Shown piece after piece: positions 19,472 through 28,822 of a stretch of DNA of 64,000 bases (positions are counted from its first letter, which is position 1; every line of letters starts with the position of its first letter). Position numbers and translations under genes: made by a program. The notes below the pieces were generated by a model. The model saw only the letters and a list, made by a program, of their open reading frames with translations. It searched no databases and was not told the origin of the DNA. The stretch covers positions 331,146 to 395,145 of the forward strand of contig MFEY01000007.1 of the NCBI GenBank assembly GCA_001780035.1, in the 5' to 3' direction. This DNA is from Candidatus Doudnabacteria bacterium RIFCSPHIGHO2_12_FULL_48_16 (GTDB taxonomy: Bacteria; Patescibacteriota; Doudnabacteria; UBA920; O2-02-FULL-48-8).

Positions 19472-19500
19472 TTGACCTTGGGTCTTAAAACTGCTATCTT
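19472..19500 (+). promoter_or_regulatory. Sigma-70-like promoter candidate (TTGACC-17-TATCTT) driving the GC-rich island
   Basis: TTGACC at 19472, a 17-nt spacer, then TATCTT at 19495. Confidence 0.4.
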
Positions 19501-19561
19501 AATGAGCTTACTTGACCGGGCGAATCCGGTCCGTATGGCGACGAAAGGCAGCAGGGGGAAA

Positions 19562-19826
19562 AATGAAGAACGCAGGAGCAAAGCGACAGACCGGTGGCGA
19601 GAGCGGAACCGATCGGCCATCGCGTCGCCGCACGCCGACCGAGCGCATGCCGACGCGGGAGCCGGGCACGGGCGGCGACGCGGATGACCAGGGCGGTCAG
19701 TCCGATCGCCCGGCGTGGGACACGCCGACCGACCGCTTGCCCACGAGCGACCCGCCGCCGGCCGATGAAGCGGATACGGCCGACGCGGCGCCCGATCGCG
19801 GACAGGCCACCACGGCGATCGCGTAG
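19562..19826 (+). CDS. Hypothetical intrinsically disordered, Pro/Asp/Arg/Thr-rich small protein inside a ~70% GC island
   Basis: 87-aa ORF MKNAGAKRQTGGESGTDRPSRRRTPTERMPTREPG...PTDRLPTSDPPPADEADTADAAPDRGQATTAIA. It has a GGGGG Shine-Dalgarno 5 nt upstream, its own promoter and its own terminator. Coding status is uncertain, because all three forward frames are open. Confidence 0.3.
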
Positions 19827-19917
19827 AACGCGACGCGGACAACCAGATGGACCGGGTGTGCAGTGACAGTGCACATCCCGGTCTTTTTTTATTCCGACCT
19901 CGACAAAGTCGAGCGTC

Positions 19918-19950
19918 GGAACTCCGACCGAAGCGTCGGAGTTTTCTTAT
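19918..19950 (+). terminator. Intrinsic terminator closing the GC-rich island (AACTCCGAC-cgaagc-GTCGGAGTT + TTTCTT)
   Basis: 9-bp stem with a T-rich tail on the plus strand only. It overlaps the ruvC stop. Confidence 0.45.
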
Positions 19951-20411
19951 CGTCCGATTCCAGACCAGGCGATCGCGCACGCATCTGCGGCATCATCGGG
20001 TTTGGGAATTTTTTTCAGTTTCAAAAGTTTGACGATCATGGTCTGCACTTGTTTTTTGTCCGCCTTGCCATAGCCGGTCGTGGACATTTTGACTTGCAAC
20101 GGCGTGACTTCAATCATTTTGAGTCCGGCTTCAGCCAAAGTTACCATGACCATGCCCCGCGCCTGCCCGACGGTCATCGCGGTTTTGACATTGGTTTCGA
20201 AAAACAACGATTCGATGCAGGCGCTGTCCGGTTTTAATTTTTTGATTAAGGTGGTTAAATCTTTTTTGATTTCCAAAAGCCGGGCCGGCTCGGCCGTCCC
20301 CGCCTTGGTCGTGATACAGCCGCATTCCAGCAAAGAAGTTTCCTTGCCAGTATGTTTGAGGAATGCATAGCCGGTGCGCGCTATCCCTGGATCAATTCCT
20401 AGTATGATCAT
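19947..20411 (-). CDS. ruvC: Crossover junction endodeoxyribonuclease RuvC
   Basis: MIILGIDPGIARTGYAFL... with the RNase H-like catalytic acidic residues. Confidence 0.9.
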   Translation of the reverse strand: MIILGIDPGIARTGYAFLKHTGKETSLLECGCITTKAGTAEPARLLEIKKDLTTLIKKLKPDSACIESLFFETNVKTAMTVGQARGMVMVTLAEAGLKMIEVTPLQVKMSTTGYGKADKKQVQTMIVKLLKLKKIPKPDDAADACAIAWSGIGR

Positions 20412-21124
20412 AAATTTACGTTACTATGAACCGCCACGACATCATCGTCTTCATTCAGCGCATCGAGTAGAGTTTGAATTTTGATAGCATCATCCAGAGC
20501 GACTTCCACTGATTGCTGCGGGCGCATAATAAGCTCGCTCGAAAGCGTTTTTATCCCCTTGGCCTCGATAAACTTTTTGGTTTTTTCCAGGTCCATCGGC
20601 AGAGTGTAAATTTCCAATCCTTCTGGCGTTTCTTTCACGTCTTCGACTCCTTGGTCAATCAATTCCAGAGGTAAATCCTCGGCGCCCTTCTGCTTCTCCA
20701 CCAGGATCTGGCCTTTGGACTCAAACATCCAAGCGACGCTGCCCTGCTCCCCCAGGCGGCCGTTATTTTTCGTAAAGATGTTGCGAACGCTTTGGAGTGT
20801 GCGATTGGTGTTATCAGTCACGGTTTCTACAATCAGGGCCGAGCCGGCGGGTCCATATCCTTCATAGGTAGCTTGCTGGATGCTTTCTTTGCCTTCGCCT
20901 TTGCCGCGCGCAATCGCGCGTTCCACATTTTCCTTGGGCATGCCGACTTCCTTGGCTTTATCCATGGCCATACGCAACTGAAAATTAAACGTCGGGTCAG
21001 CCCCGCCTCCGGTGCGCACCGCCACCGTGATGTTTTTGGCAATTTTAGTAAAAGCCTTGCCCTTGCGAGCATCCGTGATTGTCTTGGCCCGTTTGATTGT
21101 ATTCCATTTACTGTGTCCACTCAT
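20408..21124 (-). CDS. yebC: YebC/PmpR family DNA-binding transcriptional regulator
   Basis: MSGHSKWNTIKRAKTITDARKGKAFTKIAKNITVAVRTGG is the canonical YebC N-terminus. Confidence 0.9.
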   Translation of the reverse strand: MSGHSKWNTIKRAKTITDARKGKAFTKIAKNITVAVRTGGGADPTFNFQLRMAMDKAKEVGMPKENVERAIARGKGEGKESIQQATYEGYGPAGSALIVETVTDNTNRTLQSVRNIFTKNNGRLGEQGSVAWMFESKGQILVEKQKGAEDLPLELIDQGVEDVKETPEGLEIYTLPMDLEKTKKFIEAKGIKTLSSELIMRPQQSVEVALDDAIKIQTLLDALNEDDDVVAVHSNVNL

Positions 21125-21129
21125 AAAAA

Positions 21130-21876
21130 TTATTTTATAATCTTATCATACGGCTCCGCTTGTTTCCAAGCAAACTCAAATAATGTCCGAAGCGACTGAT
21201 GAATGGTTTTGCTTTGAATTAATACAGCAAAAATATGCGGTTGATAGGAAAAAAACACCACGTTGCCATCGAATAAGCAATTATCTGTGAGAAATTCTTC
21301 TCCGGGTTTGGTAAATCGTTGTTGGTAATATTCAGTATGAGTTACATTTTCCGCGAATTTGAGGTCCGCGGGATTTTGAGTCAAAATCTCCAAGACTTTA
21401 GTTTTTTTGGCCAGTGTGTTGGCAACTAACTTTTTTTCATAATCCGGATAGATGGTGACAAAATCTCGGATAGTGCCGAAAAAAATAACCTCTTTGGCAT
21501 TTAAAATTTTATCATATAAATCTTTTATCGCTTCTTTGCCTTCAAACAATAAAACCTGTGGTTTATTTTTTGGTTCATTATAGACGGCCAGTAGGTTAGG
21601 CATGAACCTTTTGACTAGCTCTTGTTTGCGATTCAGATCCGAGAGGATTTTGTCCGGCGACTCTGGCATGTATAAAATCTTCTTCGCTCGCGGTACTAGA
21701 GCGGCCAATCCCTTCTTCTGTAGCTCGTCGAGGATCAGATAAGTCGTGGGGCGCTTAGTCCCCGCTTTCTTGGCGATCCCTTCAACTGAAGAGGTACCCA
21801 ATTCCAATAAAGCCATATAGACCATGGCTTCTTTTTGGTTTAATCCGATTTTCTCCAGTATTTCTGCGATTTCCAT
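21130..21876 (-). CDS. TrmB-like HTH transcriptional regulator (paralog 3 of 5)
   Basis: EAMVYMALLELGTSSVEGIAKKAGTKRPTTYLILDELQKKGL HTH plus the conserved C-terminal domain. Confidence 0.6.
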   Translation of the reverse strand: MEIAEILEKIGLNQKEAMVYMALLELGTSSVEGIAKKAGTKRPTTYLILDELQKKGLAALVPRAKKILYMPESPDKILSDLNRKQELVKRFMPNLLAVYNEPKNKPQVLLFEGKEAIKDLYDKILNAKEVIFFGTIRDFVTIYPDYEKKLVANTLAKKTKVLEILTQNPADLKFAENVTHTEYYQQRFTKPGEEFLTDNCLFDGNVVFFSYQPHIFAVLIQSKTIHQSLRTLFEFAWKQAEPYDKIIK

Positions 21877-21899
21877 TTGGTTCTCTTCAGATTAGATCT

Positions 21900-21940
21900 C
21901 CCCTCTCCTGACTAGGAGAGGGGCCGGGGGTGAGGTTAGC
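21900..21940. repeat. Copy A of a ~40-nt palindromic repeat (CCCCTCTCCT-gact-AGGAGAGGGG + CCGGGGGTGAGGT)
   Basis: Inverted-orientation copy of the element at 56381-56416: the 10-bp stem sequence is identical and the flank is about 90% identical. Confidence 0.45.
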
Positions 21941-22113
21941 CCAGTCAACTTATCAGCATTTTGCTCTTTTGTCAATAATTCTGACAACATAACAACTAAA
22001 GATAAAAAAAGCTTTATATAAGCTATTATTTGACTATTATATAAGTCAGAATTATTGACCTAAGGATTAATAAATGGTATTATTACCCGTTAAAACAGTA
22101 TTAATCATTATTT

Positions 22114-23097
22114 ATGAAAAAACTATATGCGGGGTTTGGGGTTGTGGTATTGCTTGTTGTTTTAATCATGGGATTGAAAGGTTTAAACCATTCTCAGGAC
22201 AGTAAGTCAGCCACTCTAAAGATCGGACTTAATCCGTGGATCGGCAATGGGCTGTATTTTATCGCTCAGGAAAAAGGATTCTTCGAGGCAAATAATATCA
22301 ACGTTAAGCTCGAGAGCTTTGACGATGGCGCAATCGGCAAGCAATTGTTAAATAGTGGGAAAGTGGATGTGCTTCCTATTACGCCTGAAACCGTAGTGAT
22401 AATTAAAGATTCGGGTCTGGGCATTAAAATTATTGGAATGACGGTTGCCAGTAAAGGCGCTGATGGCATAATTGCGACTAGAGATGTTCAGAATCTTACC
22501 GATCTTCGCGGTAAAAAAGTTGCATTCGAAGTTGGCTCCCCTTCTCATTTCCTGCTGTCTTATTTTTTAGATCAGCAGAATTTAGATACCAGTATTTTGG
22601 ATGTGGTTAATACCACAGCCCCTGATGCCGGAGCTGCTTTCGTGGCGGGTCAGGTGGACGCCGCTGTAACTTGGGAGCCGTGGCTGTCCAAAGCAAGCGA
22701 ACGACCAGGTGGGCATGTCTTGCTGAGTTCTAAAACCATGGAATTATTTCCTGACATGATGATTATCAGGAACGATGTACTCGAAAGCAACCCAGAAGCA
22801 GCCGCGGCTCTATTGCGCTCTTTGTTTGCTGCGATTGATTGGATAAATGCCAACAATGACGAAGCGGCTGAAATTATCGGGAAAAATTTTCAAATCTCCC
22901 CGGAAGAAGTTAAGGCACAGCTTGCGACCATCCAGTGGTTAACTTATGACGATAACATTGTCAGCTTCAAATCTGGCCAGCCTCAGGACTTGCTGCAAAA
23001 AGCCGGGGATCTCTGGCTTAGACTGGATTTGATCCGGAATCCTATTAGTGGCACTAATTTGGTTGATGACTCTATATTAATTAATCTCTATAAATGA
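22114..23097 (+). CDS. ABC transporter substrate-binding protein, NMT1/SsuA/TauA-like (NitT/TauT family)
   Basis: 327 aa with an N-terminal signal/anchor and a type-2 periplasmic-binding fold of the sulfonate/nitrate/taurine family. Confidence 0.7.
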   Translation: MKKLYAGFGVVVLLVVLIMGLKGLNHSQDSKSATLKIGLNPWIGNGLYFIAQEKGFFEANNINVKLESFDDGAIGKQLLNSGKVDVLPITPETVVIIKDSGLGIKIIGMTVASKGADGIIATRDVQNLTDLRGKKVAFEVGSPSHFLLSYFLDQQNLDTSILDVVNTTAPDAGAAFVAGQVDAAVTWEPWLSKASERPGGHVLLSSKTMELFPDMMIIRNDVLESNPEAAAALLRSLFAAIDWINANNDEAAEIIGKNFQISPEEVKAQLATIQWLTYDDNIVSFKSGQPQDLLQKAGDLWLRLDLIRNPISGTNLVDDSILINLYK

Positions 23098-23876
23098 AAT
23101 TAGAAAGGAAAATCAGCAGGAATAAATATATACTCTTCGGATCCGCAGGATTGCTGGTTTTCCTTTCTGTTTGGTCGTTACTGACGTATACAGGATTAGT
23201 GCCAGCGTTCTTTCTACCGCCACCGAGCAAGGTATTATCGGCTATTGCAGATTTGCTAATCAAAGGGAATTTGTTGGGCGATATCTTCGCCAGCTCTTCC
23301 AGGATTTTTTTTGGTTTCCTTTTGTCTCTAGTGGTAGCTTTGCCTATTGGAATTGCCCTCGGTATATCACGGAAGTTTGAGGCGTTCATAGAACCCATTA
23401 TCGCCTTTATTCGATATATTCCGCCCTCTGCATTTATACCATTAGCAATCATTTGGTTTGGGATTGGGGAGCTTGAAAAAGTCACGATATTGTTTATGGG
23501 GATAGCGCCTTACTTGACATTATTGATCGCTGACGTTGTCATAAACAGCCGTAGGGATTTGGTTGAGGCTGCCTTAACTCTCGGAGCTGATCATCAAAGC
23601 GTGATCCTTAAAGTCATACTGCCAAACTGTTTTCCTGGGATTTGGGACTCGTTACGGATCATGATGGGGGCAGCTTGGACTTTTGTGATTATCGCAGAAA
23701 TTGTCGGAGCAAGTGCCGGCTTGGGACATTTGATGATTGAATCGCAGAGATTTTTAAGAACTGACAATATTTTTGGCGGGATTGTTGTGATTGGGTTTTT
23801 GGGACTGACTACGGATTATTTTTTTAAAGTAACTTACAAGTCGTTATTTAAGTGGACCGAGAAATCCAATGCTTGA
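23094..23876 (+). CDS. ABC transporter permease (SsuC/TauC-like)
   Basis: Six transmembrane helices and the EAA-like loop LTLGADHQSVILKVILP. Translationally coupled by a 4-nt overlap. Confidence 0.75.
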   Translation: MKLERKISRNKYILFGSAGLLVFLSVWSLLTYTGLVPAFFLPPPSKVLSAIADLLIKGNLLGDIFASSSRIFFGFLLSLVVALPIGIALGISRKFEAFIEPIIAFIRYIPPSAFIPLAIIWFGIGELEKVTILFMGIAPYLTLLIADVVINSRRDLVEAALTLGADHQSVILKVILPNCFPGIWDSLRIMMGAAWTFVIIAEIVGASAGLGHLMIESQRFLRTDNIFGGIVVIGFLGLTTDYFFKVTYKSLFKWTEKSNA

Positions 23877-24615
23877 AATATCAAATATTTCTAAATTATA
23901 TAAACATAACGACCAGTGGTCGGAAGTTATCAAAGATGTCACCTTGCCGATTGCAGACCGGGAGTTCATTGCGATTGTAGGACCGAGCGGTTGCGGTAAA
24001 ACAACACTACTCAAGATTCTTGCGGGGTTGCTGGAACCTTCAAGCGGCAAAATTTTACTGGACGGCAAAGAGATCACCGCACCGGGAAAGGACTTGGGGT
24101 TGGTGTTCCAGGGCTTCACGCTTTTCCCCTGGTTGAACGTCTGGGAAAACATTGCCTTCGGATTAAATATAAGAAACTTGAAGCAAGAAGAAGTGGTAAA
24201 GACCGTGAATCATTATTTAACCGTAACTGGCCTAAAAGACTTTGCTGAATATTTTCCCAAGGATTTGTCCGGAGGCATGCAGCAAAGGGTTGCCATTGCG
24301 CGTACTTTGGCCAATAATCCCAAGATATTGTTGATGGATGAGCCGTTTGGCGCTCTCGACTCCCAGACCCGTTCGCAGATGCAGGAGTTCTTGACCCGTC
24401 TATGGGAAGCAGAACATAAAACAGTTGTTTTTGTTACTCACGATGTAAATGAAGCGGTTTTTTTGGCTGATAAGGTCTATGTTTTTAGCCCCCAACCCAC
24501 TGAGATAAAAAAAGTTTTTAACGTGCCTTTCCCCCGCCCACGTACTCACGCGCTTAAACGTACTAAGGAATTTTTTGACTTCAGTAATCAAGTCGCACAC
24601 GAGTTCGAGCAATAG
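23869..24615 (+). CDS. ABC transporter ATP-binding protein (SsuB/TauB-like)
   Basis: Walker A GPSGCGKTT, signature LSGGMQQRVAIARTL and Walker B ILLMDEPF. Confidence 0.85.
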   Translation: MLEISNISKLYKHNDQWSEVIKDVTLPIADREFIAIVGPSGCGKTTLLKILAGLLEPSSGKILLDGKEITAPGKDLGLVFQGFTLFPWLNVWENIAFGLNIRNLKQEEVVKTVNHYLTVTGLKDFAEYFPKDLSGGMQQRVAIARTLANNPKILLMDEPFGALDSQTRSQMQEFLTRLWEAEHKTVVFVTHDVNEAVFLADKVYVFSPQPTEIKKVFNVPFPRPRTHALKRTKEFFDFSNQVAHEFEQ

Positions 24616-24626
24616 AAATTAATTTG

Positions 24627-24655
24627 TTGAACAGAGTTAAATTAAGGTATAAATA
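24627..24655 (+). promoter_or_regulatory. Promoter candidate P1 (TTGAAC-17-TAAATA), near-duplicate of the one at 25584
   Basis: GTTGAACAGAGTTAAATTAAGGTATAAATAATA versus GTTGAAAAGAATTAAATTAGGTATATAATAAGG at 25583-25614 (about 27 of 32-33 aligned positions, one 1-nt indel). Confidence 0.45.
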
Positions 24656-24688
24656 ATACAAGTATTAATACACCGAAAGGAAGATTAT

Positions 24689-25420
24689 ATGGGCAGAGGA
24701 GATACTACTAACAGGCCATCCGATCCAAGCAATCCAGAGGCGCAATCAAGTTCGCTGGAAATCTTACAAAGGAGAATGGCACAATTACAAGAACAGACAG
24801 CTTCTGCGCAGAGAGAGAAAGAGGCAGCCGTAGGCAGAAAACAGGCAGATTTGGCTAGGACTCTAACTGCACACCAAGGTGCCCAATTGGAAAAGCAAAG
24901 AGTGGCTGCTGGGATAGAACAGACTAAAGCAGAATTAATACAGTTTGAGGCGGTAAAGCAACAAGCCAAAGCCGCAGGGATTGCAGTAGAGGACGACGAA
25001 GGATTTACGGCTGCTTTTCAGGCAGAAAAGAATAGGTTGGCAGAATTAGAACAAAGTCAAAGGGAATTAACAATAAGGATCAATGTTCTGGCAAGTGATC
25101 CTGAAGCTGTGGCAGGAATAAAGACTGAAATCGAGGCAAATAACAAGAAAGAATTGGAAGAAACAGAAACAGATATGCGCATGGCTTTACTTGAATTCGC
25201 ACTTAATTTACGGAATAGATTTATTGATTCTGATCATAGACCAGGCGACGTAGCAGAAGAAATGAGGCAAGCACTCGAATCCTCTGAAACACTCGACTCC
25301 CTTACTGCTCAGGGTGAAGTTTTTAGGCAGCATGAATATAATATCGGGCAAGATCGAGTTGCAATAAGATATCTTGAACTTAAGGCAAAAGCACAAAGTC
25401 TTAGGGAATCAGGGAAGTAA
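24689..25420 (+). CDS. Hypothetical acidic coiled-coil protein (ORFan A)
   Basis: 243 aa with no signal peptide, long heptad-like Gln/Glu/Ala-rich helices, its own promoter and a terminator at 25444-25468. Confidence 0.5.
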   Translation: MGRGDTTNRPSDPSNPEAQSSSLEILQRRMAQLQEQTASAQREKEAAVGRKQADLARTLTAHQGAQLEKQRVAAGIEQTKAELIQFEAVKQQAKAAGIAVEDDEGFTAAFQAEKNRLAELEQSQRELTIRINVLASDPEAVAGIKTEIEANNKKELEETETDMRMALLEFALNLRNRFIDSDHRPGDVAEEMRQALESSETLDSLTAQGEVFRQHEYNIGQDRVAIRYLELKAKAQSLRESGK

Positions 25421-25443
25421 AAGAATTTACCGGTTAAAGAAAA

Positions 25444-25468
25444 CTGCCTCGAATTGAGGCGGTTTTGA
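25444..25468 (+). terminator. Intrinsic terminator (CTGCCTC-gaatt-GAGGCGG + TTTT)
   Basis: Hairpin with a T-run 24 nt after ORFan A. Confidence 0.6.
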
Positions 25469-25583
25469 AATTTATTTATACAAATTGCTGTGCGTGTGGG
25501 TTAAAATTAACTCCCCCGCAACCCCTCCCTGTCGGGTTAGAATAGACAGGAGTTTTTTCCAGCAGATTTAATAAGTTAGTCTG

Positions 25584-25611
25584 TTGAAAAGAATTAAATT
25601 AGGTATATAAT
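25584..25611 (+). promoter_or_regulatory. Promoter candidate P2 (TTGAAA-16-TATAAT)
   Basis: See P1. Consensus-like -35 and -10 elements. Confidence 0.5.
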
Positions 25612-25658
25612 AAGGTTAGAAAAAGTAACTAGCTTTGTTGTAAAAAGAAAGGAAAAAT

Positions 25659-26312
25659 ATGGGGACAGAAACTGAAGATGATGAGCAGGCAAAAGCAAAT
25701 TTTAAATTTCCTGAAAATCGTGTAGAAGATCCTAGCCCAGTAGCCGTTGAATCCAGAGACAGTCAAGCCGAAAAAGCAGAAGCAAAAATAGAGCAGAGTC
25801 TGACCGAGTGCCTGAATTTGGCACAAAACGATACTGACAGAGAAGATGTAAAGTATCTTTTCAGACAATTTTTAACAGGGTCTAGTTCGGTAGATAAGAC
25901 AGAAAGGTTACGAGGACTAACCCCTGACAACATACAGATTCTGGAAGCGAGAATAAACCGGGTTAGTGAATACGCAAAACTTCACATGGCGGTTTCGCAT
26001 ACAGGTGAAGCTTGGCAAGAAGCGAAAGGTAAATTTACTGAAGATTCAAAAGAATATCAAGCCGCACAAAAAGCTTATAAAGATACCCTTGAATCATACA
26101 ATGTTGCCAGAGCAATGGTCGCCGCTTCCGATGTTGAAGTTATTAAATACAATGATCCGAATCTTGAAGACGACGAAAACTTGCGAAGAACAGCATTTGA
26201 ACTTGATACCGCCACAAAGTATACGGATTCAGTGGATAGCCTGCCTTATTCCCAGCAGGAAATTAGGGCTATCCGGGCCAGAAGTGAAGCCAAGAATAAA
26301 TTAAGTTCTTAA
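25659..26312 (+). CDS. Hypothetical acidic coiled-coil protein (ORFan B)
   Basis: 217 aa with a Glu/Asp-rich N-terminus, helical, followed by a terminator at 26332. The promoter is paralogous to that of ORFan A. Confidence 0.5.
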   Translation: MGTETEDDEQAKANFKFPENRVEDPSPVAVESRDSQAEKAEAKIEQSLTECLNLAQNDTDREDVKYLFRQFLTGSSSVDKTERLRGLTPDNIQILEARINRVSEYAKLHMAVSHTGEAWQEAKGKFTEDSKEYQAAQKAYKDTLESYNVARAMVAASDVEVIKYNDPNLEDDENLRRTAFELDTATKYTDSVDSLPYSQQEIRAIRARSEAKNKLSS

Positions 26313-26331
26313 ATCTAAATCGAGATAACTA

Positions 26332-26362
26332 AAACCCGCCAGGCTTGGGCGGGTTTTTTATT
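26332..26362. terminator. Bidirectional terminator between ORFan B and gyrA (CCCGCC-aggcttg-GGCGGG + T-run)
   Basis: AAAACCCGCCAGGCTTGGGCGGGTTTTTTATTTT. Confidence 0.65.
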
Positions 26363-28822
26363 TTATATCAATGCGGTGGAGGCAACTTTGTCGCCGGCAT
26401 CCAGAGTCATAATTTTGACGCCCTGGGTGGCGCGGCCGAGGGTGGAGATCTTACCCACCGGCGTGCGCAGCGCCTGGCCGAGTTTGGACAGCACCACCAG
26501 GTCATGCTCTTCGGATTTGTCGATCACATGCAGGCTGACAATTTTGCCGGTCTTAGGGGTGACTTTCAGCGTCTTGATGCCGGAGCCGCCGCGGTGTTGT
26601 TTTTTGTAGAATTTCAAGTCGGTTTTTTTGCCCAGGCCGTTTTCCGTCACAATCAGCAGCTGGATGTTGTCGAGGCTTTCTTTCTTGCTGACTAGGTCCA
26701 TGCTGATCACGACGTCGTCCTTTTTAAGGCGCATGCCTTTGACCCCGGAGGCGGTGCGGCCCATGGGCCGGGCATCTTTTTCGTCGAAGCGGATGGCCTG
26801 GCCGTTGGCCGTGGTGAAAATCACGTCATCTGTGCCGGCGGAAGATTTGACCCAGCGCAGCTCGTCGCCGGGTTTGATTTTGATGGCAATCAGGCCGCTG
26901 CGGCGGACTTTGACGAACTCCTCAATTGGCGTTTTTTTGATCAAGCCTTTTTTCGTGGCCAGGACCAGGAATTTGGCCGCGGTTTTTTTGGAAATCGTCA
27001 GTACGGCCGAGACCAGCTCGTCGCTGGGCAGATCGAGGAAATTGACCAAAGCCTGGCCGCGCGCGGTGCGCGAGGCTTCTGGCAGCTCATATACTTTGGT
27101 GGCAAAAACTCGGCCCTTGGTTGTAAAGAACAGGATGTCGTCGTGGGTGTTGGTGGTCTTGAGCCATTCAACCACGTCCTCTTCTTTGGTCGCCATGCCG
27201 ATCACGCCCTTGCCGCCGCGGCCCTGGGATTTGTAAGTATCCGTCGGCAGGCGCTTGACATAGCCGGATTTAGTGATAATCACAATCGCCTGCTCTTCCG
27301 GAATCAGGTCTTCCGCCTTGAATTCGCCGATCGGCTGTTTGACCAAGACGGTCTTGCGCGGGTTGCCATATTTGTCCTTCAGTTCCAGCAGTTCGGTTTT
27401 GACCACGCCGCGGATCTTTTTCTCGCTTTTGAGCAGCGTTTCCAGCTCTTCGATCAGCTTCATTTTTTCTTTCAGTTCGTCATCAACTTTTTTGCGCTCC
27501 AGACCCGCTAACGCGCGCAGCTGCATTTGTAAAATTGCCGTCGCCTGTTTGTCCGACAGCTTGAATTTGCTCATCAGGCTGGCGTGGGCCTCTTCGGTCG
27601 TGTCGGATTTGCGGATGGTGGCAATGACGGCGTCGATATGGTCGAGGGCTTTTTTCAACCCCTCCAGAATATGCGCCCGGTCTTTGGCCTTGTTCAGATC
27701 GAACACGGTCCGGCGCGTAATAATCTGGATCCGATGTTTAATGTAATATTCCAAAGTGTTCTTCAGATTCAAAACCTGGGGCTCAATGCCATCCACCAGG
27801 GCCAGCATGTTGACGTGGAATGTTTCCTGCAGCTGGGAGAATTTAAACAGTTGGTTGAGAATTTTGTTCGGCAGGGCTTCTTTTTTCATTTCGACCACGA
27901 TCCGGACGCCGTCCTTGTCGGATTCGTCGCGCAGGTCCCGGATACCTTCGATTTTTTTGTCCTTGACCAGTTCGGCGAATTTTTCCAGCAGCGTGGCTTT
28001 GTTGACCTGGTAAGGAATTTCAGTAATTAAAATTTTGTGCATCCCCTTTTCTTCCACGATTTCGGTTTTGGCCCGCATGACGATCGGCCCCTTGCCCGTG
28101 GCATAGACTTGCTTGATCGTATTCCAGTCATAGATAAAGCCGCCGGTTGGGAAATCCGGGCCCTTTACAAATTCCAGCAATTCTTCGGTGGTGGTCGCCG
28201 GCTCTTCGATCAGTTTGACGGTGGCATCCACGATTTCACCTAAATTGTGCGGCGGGATATTGGTGGCCATGCCGACCGCGATCCCCAGGGTGCCGTTAAG
28301 CAGCAAGTTTGGGGCTTTGGCCGGCAGCACGCGCGGCTCCTGCCTGGTAGCGTCATAGTTTTCCATCCAGTCCACGGTGTCTTTGTCGAGGTCGGAGAGC
28401 ATCTCTTCGGCCAGGGCCATCATCCGCGCTTCGGTGTAACGCATGGCTGCGGGCGCGTCGCCATCCATGGAGCCGAAGTTGCCTTGGCCGTCGATCAGCG
28501 GATAGCGCATGGCAAACTCTTGGGCGAGGCGCACCAAAGAATCATATACGGCCACGTCGCCGTGCGGATGGTATTTGGCCAGCACTTCGCCAACAACTGC
28601 CGCGGATTTGCGGAATTTGGCGTTGTTGCGCAGGCCTAGCTCGTTCATGGCATAGAGAATCCGCCGGTGCACCGGCTTTAACCCATCCCGGACATCGGGC
28701 AGGGCGCGGGAAACGATCACGCTCATCGCGTAATCGAGATAAGATTCTTCCATTTCGCGTTCGATAGAGCGCGAGTTGACAGAGCCGATATTGGTGTTGG
28801 CCGCGGTTTTAATTTCGGACAT
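26363..28822 (-). CDS. gyrA: DNA gyrase subunit A
   Basis: [59 protein letters not shown], including the active-site Tyr region and the C-terminal beta-pinwheel repeats. The ATG at 28822 is preferred over the TTG at 28846. Confidence 0.95.
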   Translation of the reverse strand: MSEIKTAANTNIGSVNSRSIEREMEESYLDYAMSVIVSRALPDVRDGLKPVHRRILYAMNELGLRNNAKFRKSAAVVGEVLAKYHPHGDVAVYDSLVRLAQEFAMRYPLIDGQGNFGSMDGDAPAAMRYTEARMMALAEEMLSDLDKDTVDWMENYDATRQEPRVLPAKAPNLLLNGTLGIAVGMATNIPPHNLGEIVDATVKLIEEPATTTEELLEFVKGPDFPTGGFIYDWNTIKQVYATGKGPIVMRAKTEIVEEKGMHKILITEIPYQVNKATLLEKFAELVKDKKIEGIRDLRDESDKDGVRIVVEMKKEALPNKILNQLFKFSQLQETFHVNMLALVDGIEPQVLNLKNTLEYYIKHRIQIITRRTVFDLNKAKDRAHILEGLKKALDHIDAVIATIRKSDTTEEAHASLMSKFKLSDKQATAILQMQLRALAGLERKKVDDELKEKMKLIEELETLLKSEKKIRGVVKTELLELKDKYGNPRKTVLVKQPIGEFKAEDLIPEEQAIVIITKSGYVKRLPTDTYKSQGRGGKGVIGMATKEEDVVEWLKTTNTHDDILFFTTKGRVFATKVYELPEASRTARGQALVNFLDLPSDELVSAVLTISKKTAAKFLVLATKKGLIKKTPIEEFVKVRRSGLIAIKIKPGDELRWVKSSAGTDDVIFTTANGQAIRFDEKDARPMGRTASGVKGMRLKKDDVVISMDLVSKKESLDNIQLLIVTENGLGKKTDLKFYKKQHRGGSGIKTLKVTPKTGKIVSLHVIDKSEEHDLVVLSKLGQALRTPVGKISTLGRATQGVKIMTLDAGDKVASTALI

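Noticed and set aside
19405-19980. 191-aa minus-strand ORF and overlapping plus-strand ORFs 19512-19826 and 19594-19866 in the GC island
   Set aside because: Extreme GC content keeps several frames open. The minus ORF overlaps the ruvC 3' end and has no translation signals. Only the frame with a Shine-Dalgarno, promoter and terminator was kept, and even that at low confidence.
26345-28639. Multiple 70-200-aa plus-strand ORFs inside gyrA (and similar antisense ORFs inside infB, PBP1A, ftsK)
   Set aside because: They are antisense to long, well-supported genes and have repetitive Ser/Arg/Leu-rich compositions typical of shadow frames.
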